Source: a virus (taxonomy: Duplodnaviria; Caudoviricetes). From it: a stretch of 52,421 nt of DNA. The position numbers and the translations under genes were made by a program. Shown here one piece after another: positions 9,039 to 18,780 of the stretch. Numbering within the stretch: the first letter of the stretch is position 1; the number at the start of each line of letters is the position of its first letter. The DNA is taken from the IMG/VR virus record IMGVR_UViG_3300025891_000058, positions 1 to 52,421 of that record. One strand, given 5' to 3'. The notes beneath the pieces are model-generated. The model had not been told where the DNA came from. It saw only the letters and a list, made by a program, of their open reading frames with translations, and made no database searches.

Positions 9039-9253
9039 TTTGATTTAGTTAATGATAATATTCTTCCTCCAACTTCTATCTCTTCGCCTTTATTTAAGCG
9101 ATCAATAACCTCATTAACCATTTCTTCGGCGTATTCAAACATCACATTTGAAATATCATCAATATGTTTTGCATTTAACTCTCCAAGGGTAGATAGGCCG
9201 TTTGTCCTATTGTGGATTACCTTACCTAATAAATATCGTTTTGGATGATCCAT
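9035..9253 (-). CDS. Hypothetical protein
   Basis: 72-aa ORF after promoter and operator. Confidence 0.6.
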   Translation of the reverse strand: MDHPKRYLLGKVIHNRTNGLSTLGELNAKHIDDISNVMFEYAEEMVNEVIDRLNKGEEIEVGGRILSLTKSK

Positions 9254-9311
9254 TTCTTTATCGTTTTAAATTATACGTAAAAATATACCTAATATTAACA
9301 CATTCAACAAA

Positions 9312-9329
9312 AGATGTTTTTAAACATGT
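9312..9329. promoter_or_regulatory. Putative phage operator, copy 2 (AGATGTT-ttta-AACATGT)
   Basis: Dyad abutting a TTTG -33 box at 9308-9311. Confidence 0.7.
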
Positions 9330-9598
9330 TTTATCCCATTCTTTGCCATAAATTCAGCGTGAATCTGCATTAGTTCGGCTTTGGTATATGGTGGTGACTG
9401 CGTGTGTATTGCGTCGTGAAGATCGTAATTAAGCGCAATTAAGCCGTTTATATCAAGTTTGTTTTTGCCTATTCTGCCATTGATATGGTGGACGTTGACC
9501 CCTGGCGTTCCGTCGTTTTTTACTTCGCAAATAATATCTTCTTTGATCTGATAGCCAAAAAAACGCATGTAAACTTTTATGTAGTCAGGAACTGCCAT
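9320..9598 (-). CDS. HNH-like protein with degenerate Zn ligands
   Basis: CEV...VNVHHINGR...LIAL...HDAIH. Confidence 0.65.
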   Translation of the reverse strand: MAVPDYIKVYMRFFGYQIKEDIICEVKNDGTPGVNVHHINGRIGKNKLDINGLIALNYDLHDAIHTQSPPYTKAELMQIHAEFMAKNGIKHV

Positions 9599-10021
9599 TT
9601 ATTCGAGTTTTAAATATTCATCGATGATTGATTTAGCCATATCGAACCCAATCGCAAACATCGGATAATATCCTTTAGCGTTCAAAAGTCGCATGCAGTT
9701 AATTTGTTCCTGAACGTGTTCTGTGACCGCTTCGCCGTTTCGCTTATAAAGTACTTCACCTTCTTTTTTAAGTTCGATAAATAGGCCGTGAAACTCTCCA
9801 CGAGGTTCGTAGATGGAAATATCCGGGAATCCTTTATTGCTTCGTAGTTTTGAAATCTGTACCGCCTGGCCAATGGTTAATTTCATAGCACCAGCCATGT
9901 CGGAGTTGAAAATCACGGCAGGATAAGCGATTTTCAAATAATCGCAAACCATTTTTTGGAGTTCTTTCTCGCTTTGCTGTTTTAGCACTGTTTTTGCCCT
10001 GTACGTTTTCTGTTTATACAT
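9599..10021 (-). CDS. VRR-NUC family nuclease, putative Holliday junction resolvase
   Basis: SEKELQ...KGFPDISI...GLFIELK...EQ PD-(D/E)xK pattern. Confidence 0.85.
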   Translation of the reverse strand: MYKQKTYRAKTVLKQQSEKELQKMVCDYLKIAYPAVIFNSDMAGAMKLTIGQAVQISKLRSNKGFPDISIYEPRGEFHGLFIELKKEGEVLYKRNGEAVTEHVQEQINCMRLLNAKGYYPMFAIGFDMAKSIIDEYLKLE

Positions 10022-10050
10022 TTACTTGTCTTTTTACTTAATCGTTAAAT

Positions 10051-10365
10051 TTAGAGTATTTCTGTATTATTGTTGCTTAATACTTCCCCTAATTCTATCA
10101 CAAAATAAGTCACTCCCTCAACTGCTCCCCATTCCGGCCTTCCGGACCCAATCCAAATGCCTTTACATTCAACTGTAATGCGTGGACTATTTGCAGAATA
10201 TCCATTTGTAAATTGAACGTGACTAAATGGTCTAATCTCATCTAGTGGCCAATATAACAGCCTATTTTGCCAGTATGGCTTAATTTCCCGGTACTCTTCC
10301 AATTTTACGCCCGACTTAATCAAGTCGAACCATTGCTTTTTTAATGTCAGCTTTAACGTTTTCAT
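10051..10365 (-). CDS. ASCH domain protein
   Basis: LTLKKQWFDLIKSGVKLEEYREIKPYW. Confidence 0.85.
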   Translation of the reverse strand: MKTLKLTLKKQWFDLIKSGVKLEEYREIKPYWQNRLLYWPLDEIRPFSHVQFTNGYSANSPRITVECKGIWIGSGRPEWGAVEGVTYFVIELGEVLSNNNTEIL

Positions 10366-10507
10366 ATTTAATTATTAAGTTTTGTTTTTCTTTGTCCATT
10401 TCCATTATCATCTCAATCGCACCTTTTAGTATTCGCTGGTGTTCGGAAAACGACACTAATCCTGGATTGTCTCGGGTATCGCAAATTTCATCAAATGTTA
10501 TTTTCAT
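10316..10507 (-). CDS. Hypothetical protein
   Basis: 63-aa ORF with coiled-coil-like C terminus. Confidence 0.5.
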   Translation of the reverse strand: MKITFDEICDTRDNPGLVSFSEHQRILKGAIEMIMEMDKEKQNLIIKYENVKADIKKAMVRLD

Positions 10508-10545
10508 GATTAAAATAATAAAGGGTTAATTTTTGATAATTCTGT

Positions 10546-11304
10546 TTAATCAAATAGAGTTGCTTCTTTTCTGTAATTTGTAATTAATATTTCAGTCCTT
10601 CTATTTTTTAAATTTTGACGCTCACCGATAATATAAACATTCAAATTTCGCTCTTTGGCTTGTTGTAAAATGAATGTATTATCAAATTCAGACATTGCCC
10701 ATTTACATCCAGTTTTTTGAAGTGTATTAAATAATTCAATACTATTATTTTCTGTGAATGAATTACTATAATTGTCGTCTGTTCCAATATACGGAGGGTC
10801 TGAATAAATAAAACAGTTTTCAGATTCGCTTTGTATGAACTGAATGCTATTTATGAATTTATCAAATGTGAAACAACAAAATTTAACCTCGTCCATATAT
10901 TTGAATGTCGCATCAAAATACTCAGATGTTTGTCTTTTACTTTTTGTTCCAAGATCGAGCGTGCCCATTTTTCCCATCCATGTTAGATTTGATAAAAATA
11001 AGAATCTTATTGCTTTTTTAATTGGATCTAATTCTTCGTTAATTTTCCAGTAATCCAATAGTCCTGAATGTATAGGCATTAAATAAAATGCCTTCTCGAG
11101 ATCTTCTTTTTGGTTCATTAAGCACATAAAAAGATTAAAAACATCTGAGTCCAAATCATTTACAATATTATACTTTGCTTTCGGTTTATTGAAAAACATT
11201 CCACCTGCGCCAAAAAATGGCTCGATATAAATTTTATGGTCGGGGAAATAAGGAATAATCTTTTCTGCAATAGCCGACTTATTTCCAAGTCTTCTTAAAA
11301 TCAT
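10546..11304 (-). CDS. Orphan DNA adenine methyltransferase (Dam-like, D12 class)
   Basis: YIEPFFGAG motif I, NDLD, DPPY motif IV, EILITNY. Confidence 0.92.
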   Translation of the reverse strand: MILRRLGNKSAIAEKIIPYFPDHKIYIEPFFGAGGMFFNKPKAKYNIVNDLDSDVFNLFMCLMNQKEDLEKAFYLMPIHSGLLDYWKINEELDPIKKAIRFLFLSNLTWMGKMGTLDLGTKSKRQTSEYFDATFKYMDEVKFCCFTFDKFINSIQFIQSESENCFIYSDPPYIGTDDNYSNSFTENNSIELFNTLQKTGCKWAMSEFDNTFILQQAKERNLNVYIIGERQNLKNRRTEILITNYRKEATLFD

Positions 11305-11729
11305 AATAATTCAGTTTTAATTTTAGTATAGTTTTTGCGTTTCCATCCTTTTGAAATAAGATCCTTTCTTACTTTCATTGATTTTTCAATAAAGCATTTC
11401 TTACATATTTTCCCATTGATCCACCCCCTTGAAAAATACCAATTATCTTTATCGCATTTTTTAAATTCACCGCAAACCTTGCAAGGCTTTTCCCATTCCC
11501 CGTCTACAAAAATACATCCTGAATGTAGTCTTTTATGATCAAACGGTGTAACTAACTGAAGGTTACTTATGTCGTTATTTGTTTTGATCAAATCTTTATG
11601 ATGTATTTGCATTCCGAGCGGTATTTTGCCGTTATGCCTCTCCCAGTTAATGCAATGTTCAAATCTGAGCCTGCCTTCTTCGTCTTTTGCGTATCTGAAA
11701 TAACCGCTTTTTGTTTTCTTGTGCTCCAT
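11301..11729 (-). CDS. HNH endonuclease
   Basis: IHHKDLIKTNNDISNLQLV...H plus C-terminal CxxC...CxxC. Confidence 0.85.
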   Translation of the reverse strand: MEHKKTKSGYFRYAKDEEGRLRFEHCINWERHNGKIPLGMQIHHKDLIKTNNDISNLQLVTPFDHKRLHSGCIFVDGEWEKPCKVCGEFKKCDKDNWYFSRGWINGKICKKCFIEKSMKVRKDLISKGWKRKNYTKIKTELL

Positions 11730-11793
11730 AACTATTTAATAAATGGTTTATGCGTGCAATATACAAAAACCTTTTGATACTACAAAATAAAAT

Positions 11794-12009
11794 TCAATGT
11801 TTCTCATCATCCTGTAAAGTTCGATCGTCTGCCAGTAATCGCTGAAACTCATCATACATCTGCTTGTAATTGACATATGTCGGGTCCATATCCGACCAGT
11901 AAGGCGCTTGTCCGGCCTGCTTAATGAGCAATTCAATCTGACATTTGCGCCGGTTCATTCGGATATATTTGAATCCTTTATTCATATGCCACTCTCGATC
12001 ATATTTCAT
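11794..12009 (-). CDS. Hypothetical protein
   Basis: 71-aa ORF. Confidence 0.55.
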   Translation of the reverse strand: MKYDREWHMNKGFKYIRMNRRKCQIELLIKQAGQAPYWSDMDPTYVNYKQMYDEFQRLLADDRTLQDDEKH

Positions 12010-12103
12010 TTTGCTTTTTGTTTAAATATTAAAAATCTTAATTGTTCGATTAAAAGTGATATTTTTCTGTTTTTGTCTTTTACTTCTTTCGGTTCTTTCA
12101 TGA

Positions 12104-13852
12104 TTAAAATGCATTATCTAAAGGGTTTGTGTTCGATTCCTTCGGTTCGATATAATTATTCATTGGAAAATTATTTCTTTGAACCTCCGTGTAATATCTG
12201 TTTTCTGTAATTTCATATTGAAAGTCAACTTCGCCAGGTATTCCAACTAATCGCTGTTTTTTAATCTTCCCGATAATTATTTTAACGGTTTTATCTGCAT
12301 AGTCCGTTTTTCGGTACGGCCTCCATACACTCACTACATTATCTGCCTTATCTGAAAATGTACCCCCTCCTTTTATCTTGTAAATATCTGGCTGCGGGTA
12401 GTTTTCTTTTCCCATAAATTGAGGCGTATTTTGATGGGCAACCAATCCAAAACAAACATCGTTATCAATGCTAAACTTCTTTAACTTAGTCATAAACCGG
12501 CTAATATAAAGGTCTTCACGCTCTCCTTTTTCCATTAAATGATCTATGTTATTATAAGGGTCCACGGTGCAACAATTAACGCCATAACGCCGTATTAAGT
12601 ACTTAAATCGCGTTAATATCCCATCTAATTGATAATCTTCTTCTGGCAAGACAAAGTAAAAATGTTCGTTTATAAAGTTGGCTGCATCCCTGTATTCATC
12701 CTCTGACATTACATTTGAAAATCTTTTATCTGTTGATTTGCCTGTATAATTATGAATTAACTCATCAATTAATTCGCTTATAGGGTAATTTTCAGGACAA
12801 AACATTGCAAATTTCCAATCTTCATTTTCTGCTTTTTTTACCTGAAGAGCGTTCCAGAAACATGACTTACCTTCATTATTGTAGCCTGTTAAGATCGTTA
12901 CTTCACCTTGCCTCCACCGCCAATGCTTATCTAGCTTTTCAAAGTACGTTGTAGTTCCGTATCGTTTACCATTCCTAAACTCGTGCAGCATCTTATCCCA
13001 TTCCATCGCAACTGTAAATACTCCATCCAAAGGTATTTCTTTTGCGGTTTCAAGTATGTTTTTTAGCTCTTCTTTGCCGTATTTGATAAGATACTCGTTT
13101 GCATCCTTACAGTCCTTAAAATCGACTAAAAAGCAACGTTCTGCACCTATTCGCCTAATTAGCTCATTTCTTAACTGCACCCCAGCTTCATCTGAATCAA
13201 CTGCAATATACCATTTTTCAACTCTTTCGATATCGTCATAACACTGGTCAATGAAATCAAAATTCTTTGCACCGTTTGGAACCGATACGCAATTTTTTAA
13301 ACCAACCTCAATGAACGAAAGACAATCAATTTCACCTTCTACAATTATAGCATACGTTTGTTTTTCAAGTCCATTTAAATTGTAAAGTATTAATTCTGCA
13401 TTTTTAAACAGCTTAAAAGACTTTGAAGCGCCCCTATATTTGATGTTAATTAATTCCTCACCTCTGAAATAATTAAAGTTTATCGTTTCGACTTCTTTCT
13501 CGAATTGTGGCATCCATTCCACGCCGGATGTTATCTTCATTCGCCTAAGCGTAAACTGAGATATTCCACGACCCTCAAAATATTTCACAACCTTATCGCT
13601 TAAATCTGTTCCATTATGCCATTCAGGACGGGCAAAGGCTTTCTCTTTCGGCTTAAAATCTTTGAACTCATAAAACGCTTCGCCGCAATTATGGCACTTC
13701 CCTAATTTGTCGTTATGATTCCAGTTAAAACATTTGTCTTTTTGTTTTTTCCGATCTGCAGAACACGCGGGACATTGAGTTGATTCCGTTCCGTTATATT
13801 TTGCAAAATCGACTGTGTATTCCTGTCGTGTTGATTTAGCTATAATTTTCAT
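12104..13852 (-). CDS. Bifunctional primase-helicase (T7 gp4 / Twinkle-like)
   Basis: Zn finger CPAC...CHNC, TOPRIM VEGEIDCLS and DSDEAG, Walker A TGYNNEGKS, VDPYN, LVAHQ, IKGGG. Confidence 0.93.
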   Translation of the reverse strand: MKIIAKSTRQEYTVDFAKYNGTESTQCPACSADRKKQKDKCFNWNHNDKLGKCHNCGEAFYEFKDFKPKEKAFARPEWHNGTDLSDKVVKYFEGRGISQFTLRRMKITSGVEWMPQFEKEVETINFNYFRGEELINIKYRGASKSFKLFKNAELILYNLNGLEKQTYAIIVEGEIDCLSFIEVGLKNCVSVPNGAKNFDFIDQCYDDIERVEKWYIAVDSDEAGVQLRNELIRRIGAERCFLVDFKDCKDANEYLIKYGKEELKNILETAKEIPLDGVFTVAMEWDKMLHEFRNGKRYGTTTYFEKLDKHWRWRQGEVTILTGYNNEGKSCFWNALQVKKAENEDWKFAMFCPENYPISELIDELIHNYTGKSTDKRFSNVMSEDEYRDAANFINEHFYFVLPEEDYQLDGILTRFKYLIRRYGVNCCTVDPYNNIDHLMEKGEREDLYISRFMTKLKKFSIDNDVCFGLVAHQNTPQFMGKENYPQPDIYKIKGGGTFSDKADNVVSVWRPYRKTDYADKTVKIIIGKIKKQRLVGIPGEVDFQYEITENRYYTEVQRNNFPMNNYIEPKESNTNPLDNAF

Positions 13853-14568
13853 CTGTATTCAGGTTTTAGTCCGTGTGTCATGTATTCTTCTGCTGTCATT
13901 CCTTTCCCGACTACTGTCATAGGAACACGTTCAATTTTAGTATTATCTGATTCTAAATTTGTCAATTCTTGCATCCAACATTTTTGATTTATCCATGTTG
14001 ATAGATTTTTCCATTCAGGACAAAACATTTTCAACTCTTTCAGTTTTTTCTTATGAGCCTTTTCTTTATTTAGTGCAAGAAGCAACAATTCAACATCTTC
14101 ATTTTTGCATTTCTTTTGGAAGTTTTTAAATTCAACGTCTGGACCTCCTTTTGTTGATGGATATTGTTTTCTAAAAATTTCAAATTTCTCCTTTATTTCT
14201 TTAGTATTTACAACTATATTTATATCTTCATTTTCATTTTCCATATGTGAGGTCATATGACCTTCTTTTTTTGTATGCTGATTTAGTCCTAATTTATTAT
14301 TTCGTCTGCTGTCAGTAAATAACTTACGTTTGTTTTGTTCGTCCTCTAATCTAACATTATAAAACAATCCTTTATTATCCTGAATAAATTTGTCCTTTAA
14401 TGTGTCCCAGAGTTGACCTATTGTTTGACCTATCATATGTGAGGTCATATGACCACGATTAAATTGAAGCATTAATAATTCAATGTAGGCACCTTTTTCT
14501 TCAAAGGTCATTCCCATTGTGCCTCCTAGATAGTCATTTGGGTAAAATAAAAAAGCCGGATCTTTCAT
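13849..14568 (-). CDS. Replication initiator, YdaU/DUF1376-like N terminus
   Basis: PAFLFYPNDYLGGTMGMTFEEKGAYIELL; C-terminal FEIFRKQYP...STWINQKCW; directly upstream of helicase. Confidence 0.8.
   Translation of the reverse strand: MKDPAFLFYPNDYLGGTMGMTFEEKGAYIELLMLQFNRGHMTSHMIGQTIGQLWDTLKDKFIQDNKGLFYNVRLEDEQNKRKLFTDSRRNNKLGLNQHTKKEGHMTSHMENENEDINIVVNTKEIKEKFEIFRKQYPSTKGGPDVEFKNFQKKCKNEDVELLLLALNKEKAHKKKLKELKMFCPEWKNLSTWINQKCWMQELTNLESDNTKIERVPMTVVGKGMTAEEYMTHGLKPEYR
14242..14454. repeat. Iteron-like 21-bp direct repeats inside the initiator gene (putative origin)
   Basis: CATATGTGAGGTCATATGACC at 14242-14262 and 14434-14454, each containing palindrome GGTCATATGACC. Confidence 0.7.
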
Positions 14569-14924
14569 AATTTATATATATGTTTTAATATATTGTCTAA
14601 TTCTGGAGGGTTGCAAAACTGAAGCGCATTTATAATTTTAACCAAATACTCAGAACACTCAGCGTCTGTAGAAATTTTAAGTATCATTATTTTACAATCG
14701 CTTATATTCTCTGTAATTTGAGTATGGCAGCCTTCGCAAAGAGTCAATAAATCAGAATCTTCATATTCCCAAACAAATTTGTCTTTTTTGTATGGAATAG
14801 CATGATGAATATTTAGCGTAGCTTCTTTGTCCCCACATGATTGACACTGAAATTCATCTCTTTTCATTATCTCTAATCTTTTCTTTTGCCAACGGGGGTC
14901 CTTGTATTGTTCCTGATAAGTCAT
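14565..14924 (-). CDS. HNH endonuclease
   Basis: DPRWQKKRLEIMKRDEFQCQSCG...LNIHH...LLTLCEGCH. Confidence 0.88.
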   Translation of the reverse strand: MTYQEQYKDPRWQKKRLEIMKRDEFQCQSCGDKEATLNIHHAIPYKKDKFVWEYEDSDLLTLCEGCHTQITENISDCKIMILKISTDAECSEYLVKIINALQFCNPPELDNILKHIYKL

Positions 14925-14959
14925 AATTAAATGTGTAAATTTTTGATGAAAAAAATAGC

Positions 14960-15112
14960 TTATTTAAGTTTTACCAATATGGCTCCCTTTATATGTAGAG
15001 TGCTTAAATTTCCCGCCTTGATCTGCTGATTTACCCACTGAGGAGTCTTTCCAACCATTTTGGCATACTCTGTCTGTGTTGCAACATCTTGTCTTATTTC
15101 TTTTACTGGCAT
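14960..15112 (-). CDS. Small HTH DNA-binding protein, Cro/Xis-like (50 aa)
   Basis: Hand translation MPVKEIRQDVATQTEYAKMVGKTPQWVNQQIKAGNL...; HTH pattern; below the ORF-track cutoff. Confidence 0.7.
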   Translation of the reverse strand: MPVKEIRQDVATQTEYAKMVGKTPQWVNQQIKAGNLSTLHIKGAILVKLK

Positions 15113-15393
15113 TTTAAATGTTTAAATTTTTAAGGTAAAATTAACCGGAACTTTCATCCGGTCTGCCTGTCATCTCGACGGTCTATTCTTATAATATGAA
15201 CTGCAATTATAATCAATTAATTTGACAATTCAAACAAATTTTAAAAATAAATTCAGGCTGAGCGATGTAGCAATTTACCCGACTTTCACACCCAACTTAA
15301 TGTCAGTATTCGGGAACCTGAATTTAAATCGACCGTATGCAGTTCTTACGGTGTGTAGTCCGGTACATTTAAGATGTAAATATAGTAATAAAA

Positions 15394-15684
15394 TTACATT
15401 CCACCGTCTTCATCTGGGAAAGACCCGGATTTATGATCCTTTAATTCTCTTTCAACAAACTCCATAATCTCAACAAGTAATTGAGCTTTGTAAAGTCCAT
15501 CCGCAATATCGCTACATTGGCCGTAAAAGCACCCTTCTTGCCCTGGTTCCTGGATATCGAATGTCTTATGCTCGTAGTTTAGATAAAGCGTTAATTCGAC
15601 CGTATCGAGCGTAAAAGTGTACTCTGCATTTAATAGTGTTTTCATGTTAAATAAATTTAAGAATATAAGTTTCAAAATCTTCAA
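15394..15684 (-). CDS. Hypothetical protein (likely start MKTLLN near 15645)
   Basis: ORF follows the DUF1367-like gene. Confidence 0.6.
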   Translation of the reverse strand: MKILKLIFLNLFNMKTLLNAEYTFTLDTVELTLYLNYEHKTFDIQEPGQEGCFYGQCSDIADGLYKAQLLVEIMEFVERELKDHKSGSFPDEDGGM

Positions 15685-16084
15685 GTGAAATGTCTTTTAA
15701 GAACGTATTAACGATCTTTCCCGTGCAAAGGTGGTAAATCCTGTTAAACTCCACGTCGTCCATAGATTTGAAGCTAATTGACTTCGGAATCAGGATTAAC
15801 TCGCCTTTCATTGTGATATGTGCATCTACCTGACCAATTAATATCATCAACTCTTTGCGTAAATATTCAATGTTTCGAAGTTTATCGAATTCCGGTTCCT
15901 CTGGCAATAAATAAATAGTCCGGTTTAATAGCGCAAAGAATCTTCGATGGTTAGTTACGTTTCGTTCCTTCCATGTTTCAATCTCGCAATAGTCGCCATC
16001 TTTCAATTTTAACCAGTTTTTAAAATCTTCATCCGTATCGTGTGAAAGTGCGTTTTTGTCGAGTATTCTGGCGTGAAATTTCAT
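15647..16084 (-). CDS. DUF1367-like protein
   Basis: RNVTNHRRFFALL...IPKSISFKSMDDVEF. Confidence 0.75.
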   Translation of the reverse strand: MKFHARILDKNALSHDTDEDFKNWLKLKDGDYCEIETWKERNVTNHRRFFALLNRTIYLLPEEPEFDKLRNIEYLRKELMILIGQVDAHITMKGELILIPKSISFKSMDDVEFNRIYHLCTGKIVNTFLKDISLEDFETYILKFI

Positions 16085-16086
16085 TA

Positions 16087-16374
16087 TTATACGATCTTTA
16101 AGTTTTCAACTAAAAGTTTTTCGGCTTTTTTAAGTGTACTCATCCTTATACTAAAATCCTGAAAAAACAATGTTTTGTCTTTAAATGATCTGACTTTTAC
16201 GTAATCCCAGTAGAGATCATTATCATTTGAAAGTACAAATTTATGAATCACAAGCGTTATTTCTCCCGGCTCAATATTTGATCTACAAAATACAAAATTT
16301 TGCCTACAAAGATCACCACTTTTAGTTCTGTTCTTAATTGAGCATTTCGAAATTACTTTTACTTCGTTTTTCAT
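16087..16374 (-). CDS. Hypothetical protein
   Basis: 95-aa ORF. Confidence 0.6.
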   Translation of the reverse strand: MKNEVKVISKCSIKNRTKSGDLCRQNFVFCRSNIEPGEITLVIHKFVLSNDNDLYWDYVKVRSFKDKTLFFQDFSIRMSTLKKAEKLLVENLKIV

Positions 16375-16408
16375 CTGTAAATAGTTGTTTTATCGTTTAA
16401 TTTAATCG

Positions 16409-16645
16409 CTAAATAATTTGATCTTTAGTTTTTAAAATAGATTCTTTGTTTATCTCTGCATTGTAAGTATCATCTTCGCCATCATATCCTACAGATGCAC
16501 GCACATTTTCAGCACATAAAATAACCGTCTGGTCACATGCATTTTTCATTGCCTTTAAAATCGCCTTGTATAAAAACGGACTTACGAACGTATTTATTTT
16601 ATTCTCTTCATTATAAAGAATATCTTTTAGTATTATTTTATTCAT
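16409..16645 (-). CDS. Hypothetical protein
   Basis: 78-aa ORF. Confidence 0.6.
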   Translation of the reverse strand: MNKIILKDILYNEENKINTFVSPFLYKAILKAMKNACDQTVILCAENVRASVGYDGEDDTYNAEINKESILKTKDQII

Positions 16646-16800
16646 TTGTAAATTACTGTTTTACTGTTAATTTTAATTGCTTTTAGTTTAGATAAGTCCG
16701 GCGATGTTATTCCGGACTCTTTTATTCTTTGGCTGTCGTTTCCGTTTAACTTTGATAGTTTGGAATGACTGCCAGGTTGTGATTCATCATTATTTTTCAT
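16642..16800 (-). CDS. Hypothetical protein (52 aa)
   Basis: Hand translation ends PDLSKLKAIKINSKTVIYK; fills the gap exactly with ATGA overlap. Confidence 0.55.
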   Translation of the reverse strand: MKNNDESQPGSHSKLSKLNGNDSQRIKESGITSPDLSKLKAIKINSKTVIYK

Positions 16801-16802
16801 GA

Positions 16803-17156
16803 TCAAAATGGTAAAATATCTGAATCATCATTTTTATCAATCGGTTGTCGTGAATCAAATGGTGGTGGAGTATTTTTTTGTTGTCCGATTACATCGACTT
16901 TAAAAGCCATTAAATTAGTGAAATACTTCTCTTTGTATTCGCGTGAATCAATTGAGAAAGACACTTCGACCTCAGAATCAATCTGAATATTTGCCATTAT
17001 TTCAGGTTTATTAAATACCGTAAAACATGCAGATTTCGGATAATTACCGCCTTCATATTGGATTACAAAATCTTGTTTCTCCCACTCTTTCCCAGCTGCC
17101 GATGTTCCACCTGTCTTCGCTAAAATTGCTGTTACTAATCCTTTTGTTGTAAACAT
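16803..17156 (-). CDS. DUF3127 OB-fold protein, putative ssDNA-binding protein
   Basis: GKEWEKQDFVI...YPKSACF...IDSREY...; acidic SSB-like tail DDSDILPF. Confidence 0.88.
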   Translation of the reverse strand: MFTTKGLVTAILAKTGGTSAAGKEWEKQDFVIQYEGGNYPKSACFTVFNKPEIMANIQIDSEVEVSFSIDSREYKEKYFTNLMAFKVDVIGQQKNTPPPFDSRQPIDKNDDSDILPF

Positions 17157-17174
17157 TTTATTTAATTGTTAAAT

Positions 17175-17963
17175 TTATACTTCAATAAAACCATTATTGT
17201 AAAATTCGTATGAGGCATAAAATAAGTCCTCTTCCGCACACCGCCTGAACTCACTTAATGAAACAGAGAATTCGCCGAATGCTTTTTGTAGTGTTTCTTC
17301 TGATAATTTAATTACGGTCACATTACAACCGGAATCAATAAAAATAAGAAAGTATTTTTCAACTCCTGATGCGTGGGAATATATCGCGCCTTGCATATCG
17401 TAAAGCATATCAATGACGGCCCATTTGCATTTTTTAAATGAGGCGTCTGCTATTTTTTTCAGGTCTATTGCATATTCCCGCTTTCTTTTTCCGTCTATTC
17501 TGCCTGTTATTTTAAAATCATCCTGAATAAATTCAAAGTAACATTCTTTTTCAGTCAGCCCTGCCATTAAATCTTTAGTGGCAGAACATTGCATTAAATA
17601 ATCACCCATTGCCAAATAAGAATCGTAATCATCTTTTTTAATTCTTTCTTTGCCTTCGTTTAGTTTATCCTGTTCAATAACCCACTCTTTGTATTTATTG
17701 GTTGCTCGTGGATTACCGCCGCCGATTTCAAGAACCTTTGCAGAATCATCCAATACCCAATACGTGGCCATGAACTTTTCAGGTTCCAGGATTGCCATGT
17801 GAAACATTTTGCCCTGATTCATTGCCTCGGTCGTTTCCTTTTCTGTTTTGTATTTTAAAAAATGTTTTGGTGATTGTCTGAACGCTTTCAATGCTGAAAA
17901 ACTAAGACCTTTTACGCCGGTCATTATTTCAAATACCTCTTTGTTAAAATCTTCGTTTTTCAT
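17175..17963 (-). CDS. PD-(D/E)xK exonuclease (RecE / exonuclease VIII, DUF3799-like)
   Basis: LSFSALKAF..SP.HF, AM..G..FH..ILEPE, GRIDG...IDLK, YDMQGAIY. Confidence 0.85.
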   Translation of the reverse strand: MKNEDFNKEVFEIMTGVKGLSFSALKAFRQSPKHFLKYKTEKETTEAMNQGKMFHMAILEPEKFMATYWVLDDSAKVLEIGGGNPRATNKYKEWVIEQDKLNEGKERIKKDDYDSYLAMGDYLMQCSATKDLMAGLTEKECYFEFIQDDFKITGRIDGKRKREYAIDLKKIADASFKKCKWAVIDMLYDMQGAIYSHASGVEKYFLIFIDSGCNVTVIKLSEETLQKAFGEFSVSLSEFRRCAEEDLFYASYEFYNNGFIEV

Positions 17964-18084
17964 TCGGTTTGTTTTTCTGATTGTTCAATAAAATAAAGCT
18001 CGTACAAATCGGCTTGTTTTGCCATTTCAATATCAAGGCTGTCACCCCTGATATTTTTTGATTCGTGATATATTTCTTCTAATC

Positions 18085-18780
18085 TCATGGCCGTATCATT
18101 TTAACGATTTTTTCCAACTCTGATTTAAATTCCTTTTTCATACCGAACGGAGCAACGCAAAAAGCATCGTAATTACGTAATCCACTTTCGTATATTTCCG
18201 GCTCTGTTGATGATAGCCTTTCTTTCAATGTCGTAAATTGCTTTTCGGACATCCATGTTTCAATTTTGGCGGCTGTTTTTGCCTGTTCTTTCGGTTTAGC
18301 TGGCGTTTCTATGTTATCGCTGTGAGTAGTATCAGAATCGTCTATTTTTCCCGTAGGAATCAAAAATAAATAAAGCAGAGTATATTTAAGCGCATATGTT
18401 GTTGCTTTGCCTGCTGATTTATCCTGAGAATCCACACCGTGACCATATCCTTTAACTTCCATCCATTCGCCTGAAATATGGGTCAAAAGGTAAGTAGTTG
18501 TCACTTTTGTGAATATTTGCTGTTTCCTTTTGGTTCCATATTGCTGGCTGGTTTCTTCCCATTCACTTAATTGCGTGCTTTCGTCAATGTCAACTGGAAA
18601 TATTGCCAGTCCGTTTTTTGCCATTGATTCACCGATAACCTTTTTTACTTCCTGATCAGGAACACCTTTATAAGAATTCCTACCTTCACCAATAACCATA
18701 GTTTTATCAATCCCTTTTACTTCTTGCATTACTGCAATAATGGCCTTTATTAATTCGCAAATGCTTTCTGATTTGTTCAT
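18085..18780 (-). CDS. erf: ERF-family ssDNA annealing recombinase
   Basis: HISGEW...DSQDKSAGKATTYALKYTL...IPTG..DD.D. Confidence 0.88.
   Translation of the reverse strand: MNKSESICELIKAIIAVMQEVKGIDKTMVIGEGRNSYKGVPDQEVKKVIGESMAKNGLAIFPVDIDESTQLSEWEETSQQYGTKRKQQIFTKVTTTYLLTHISGEWMEVKGYGHGVDSQDKSAGKATTYALKYTLLYLFLIPTGKIDDSDTTHSDNIETPAKPKEQAKTAAKIETWMSEKQFTTLKERLSSTEPEIYESGLRNYDAFCVAPFGMKKEFKSELEKIVKMIRP

Noticed and set aside
16695-16720. Hairpin AGTCCGG...CCGGACT as a terminator
   Set aside because: Lies inside a plausible small ORF and its T tract is on the non-transcribed orientation
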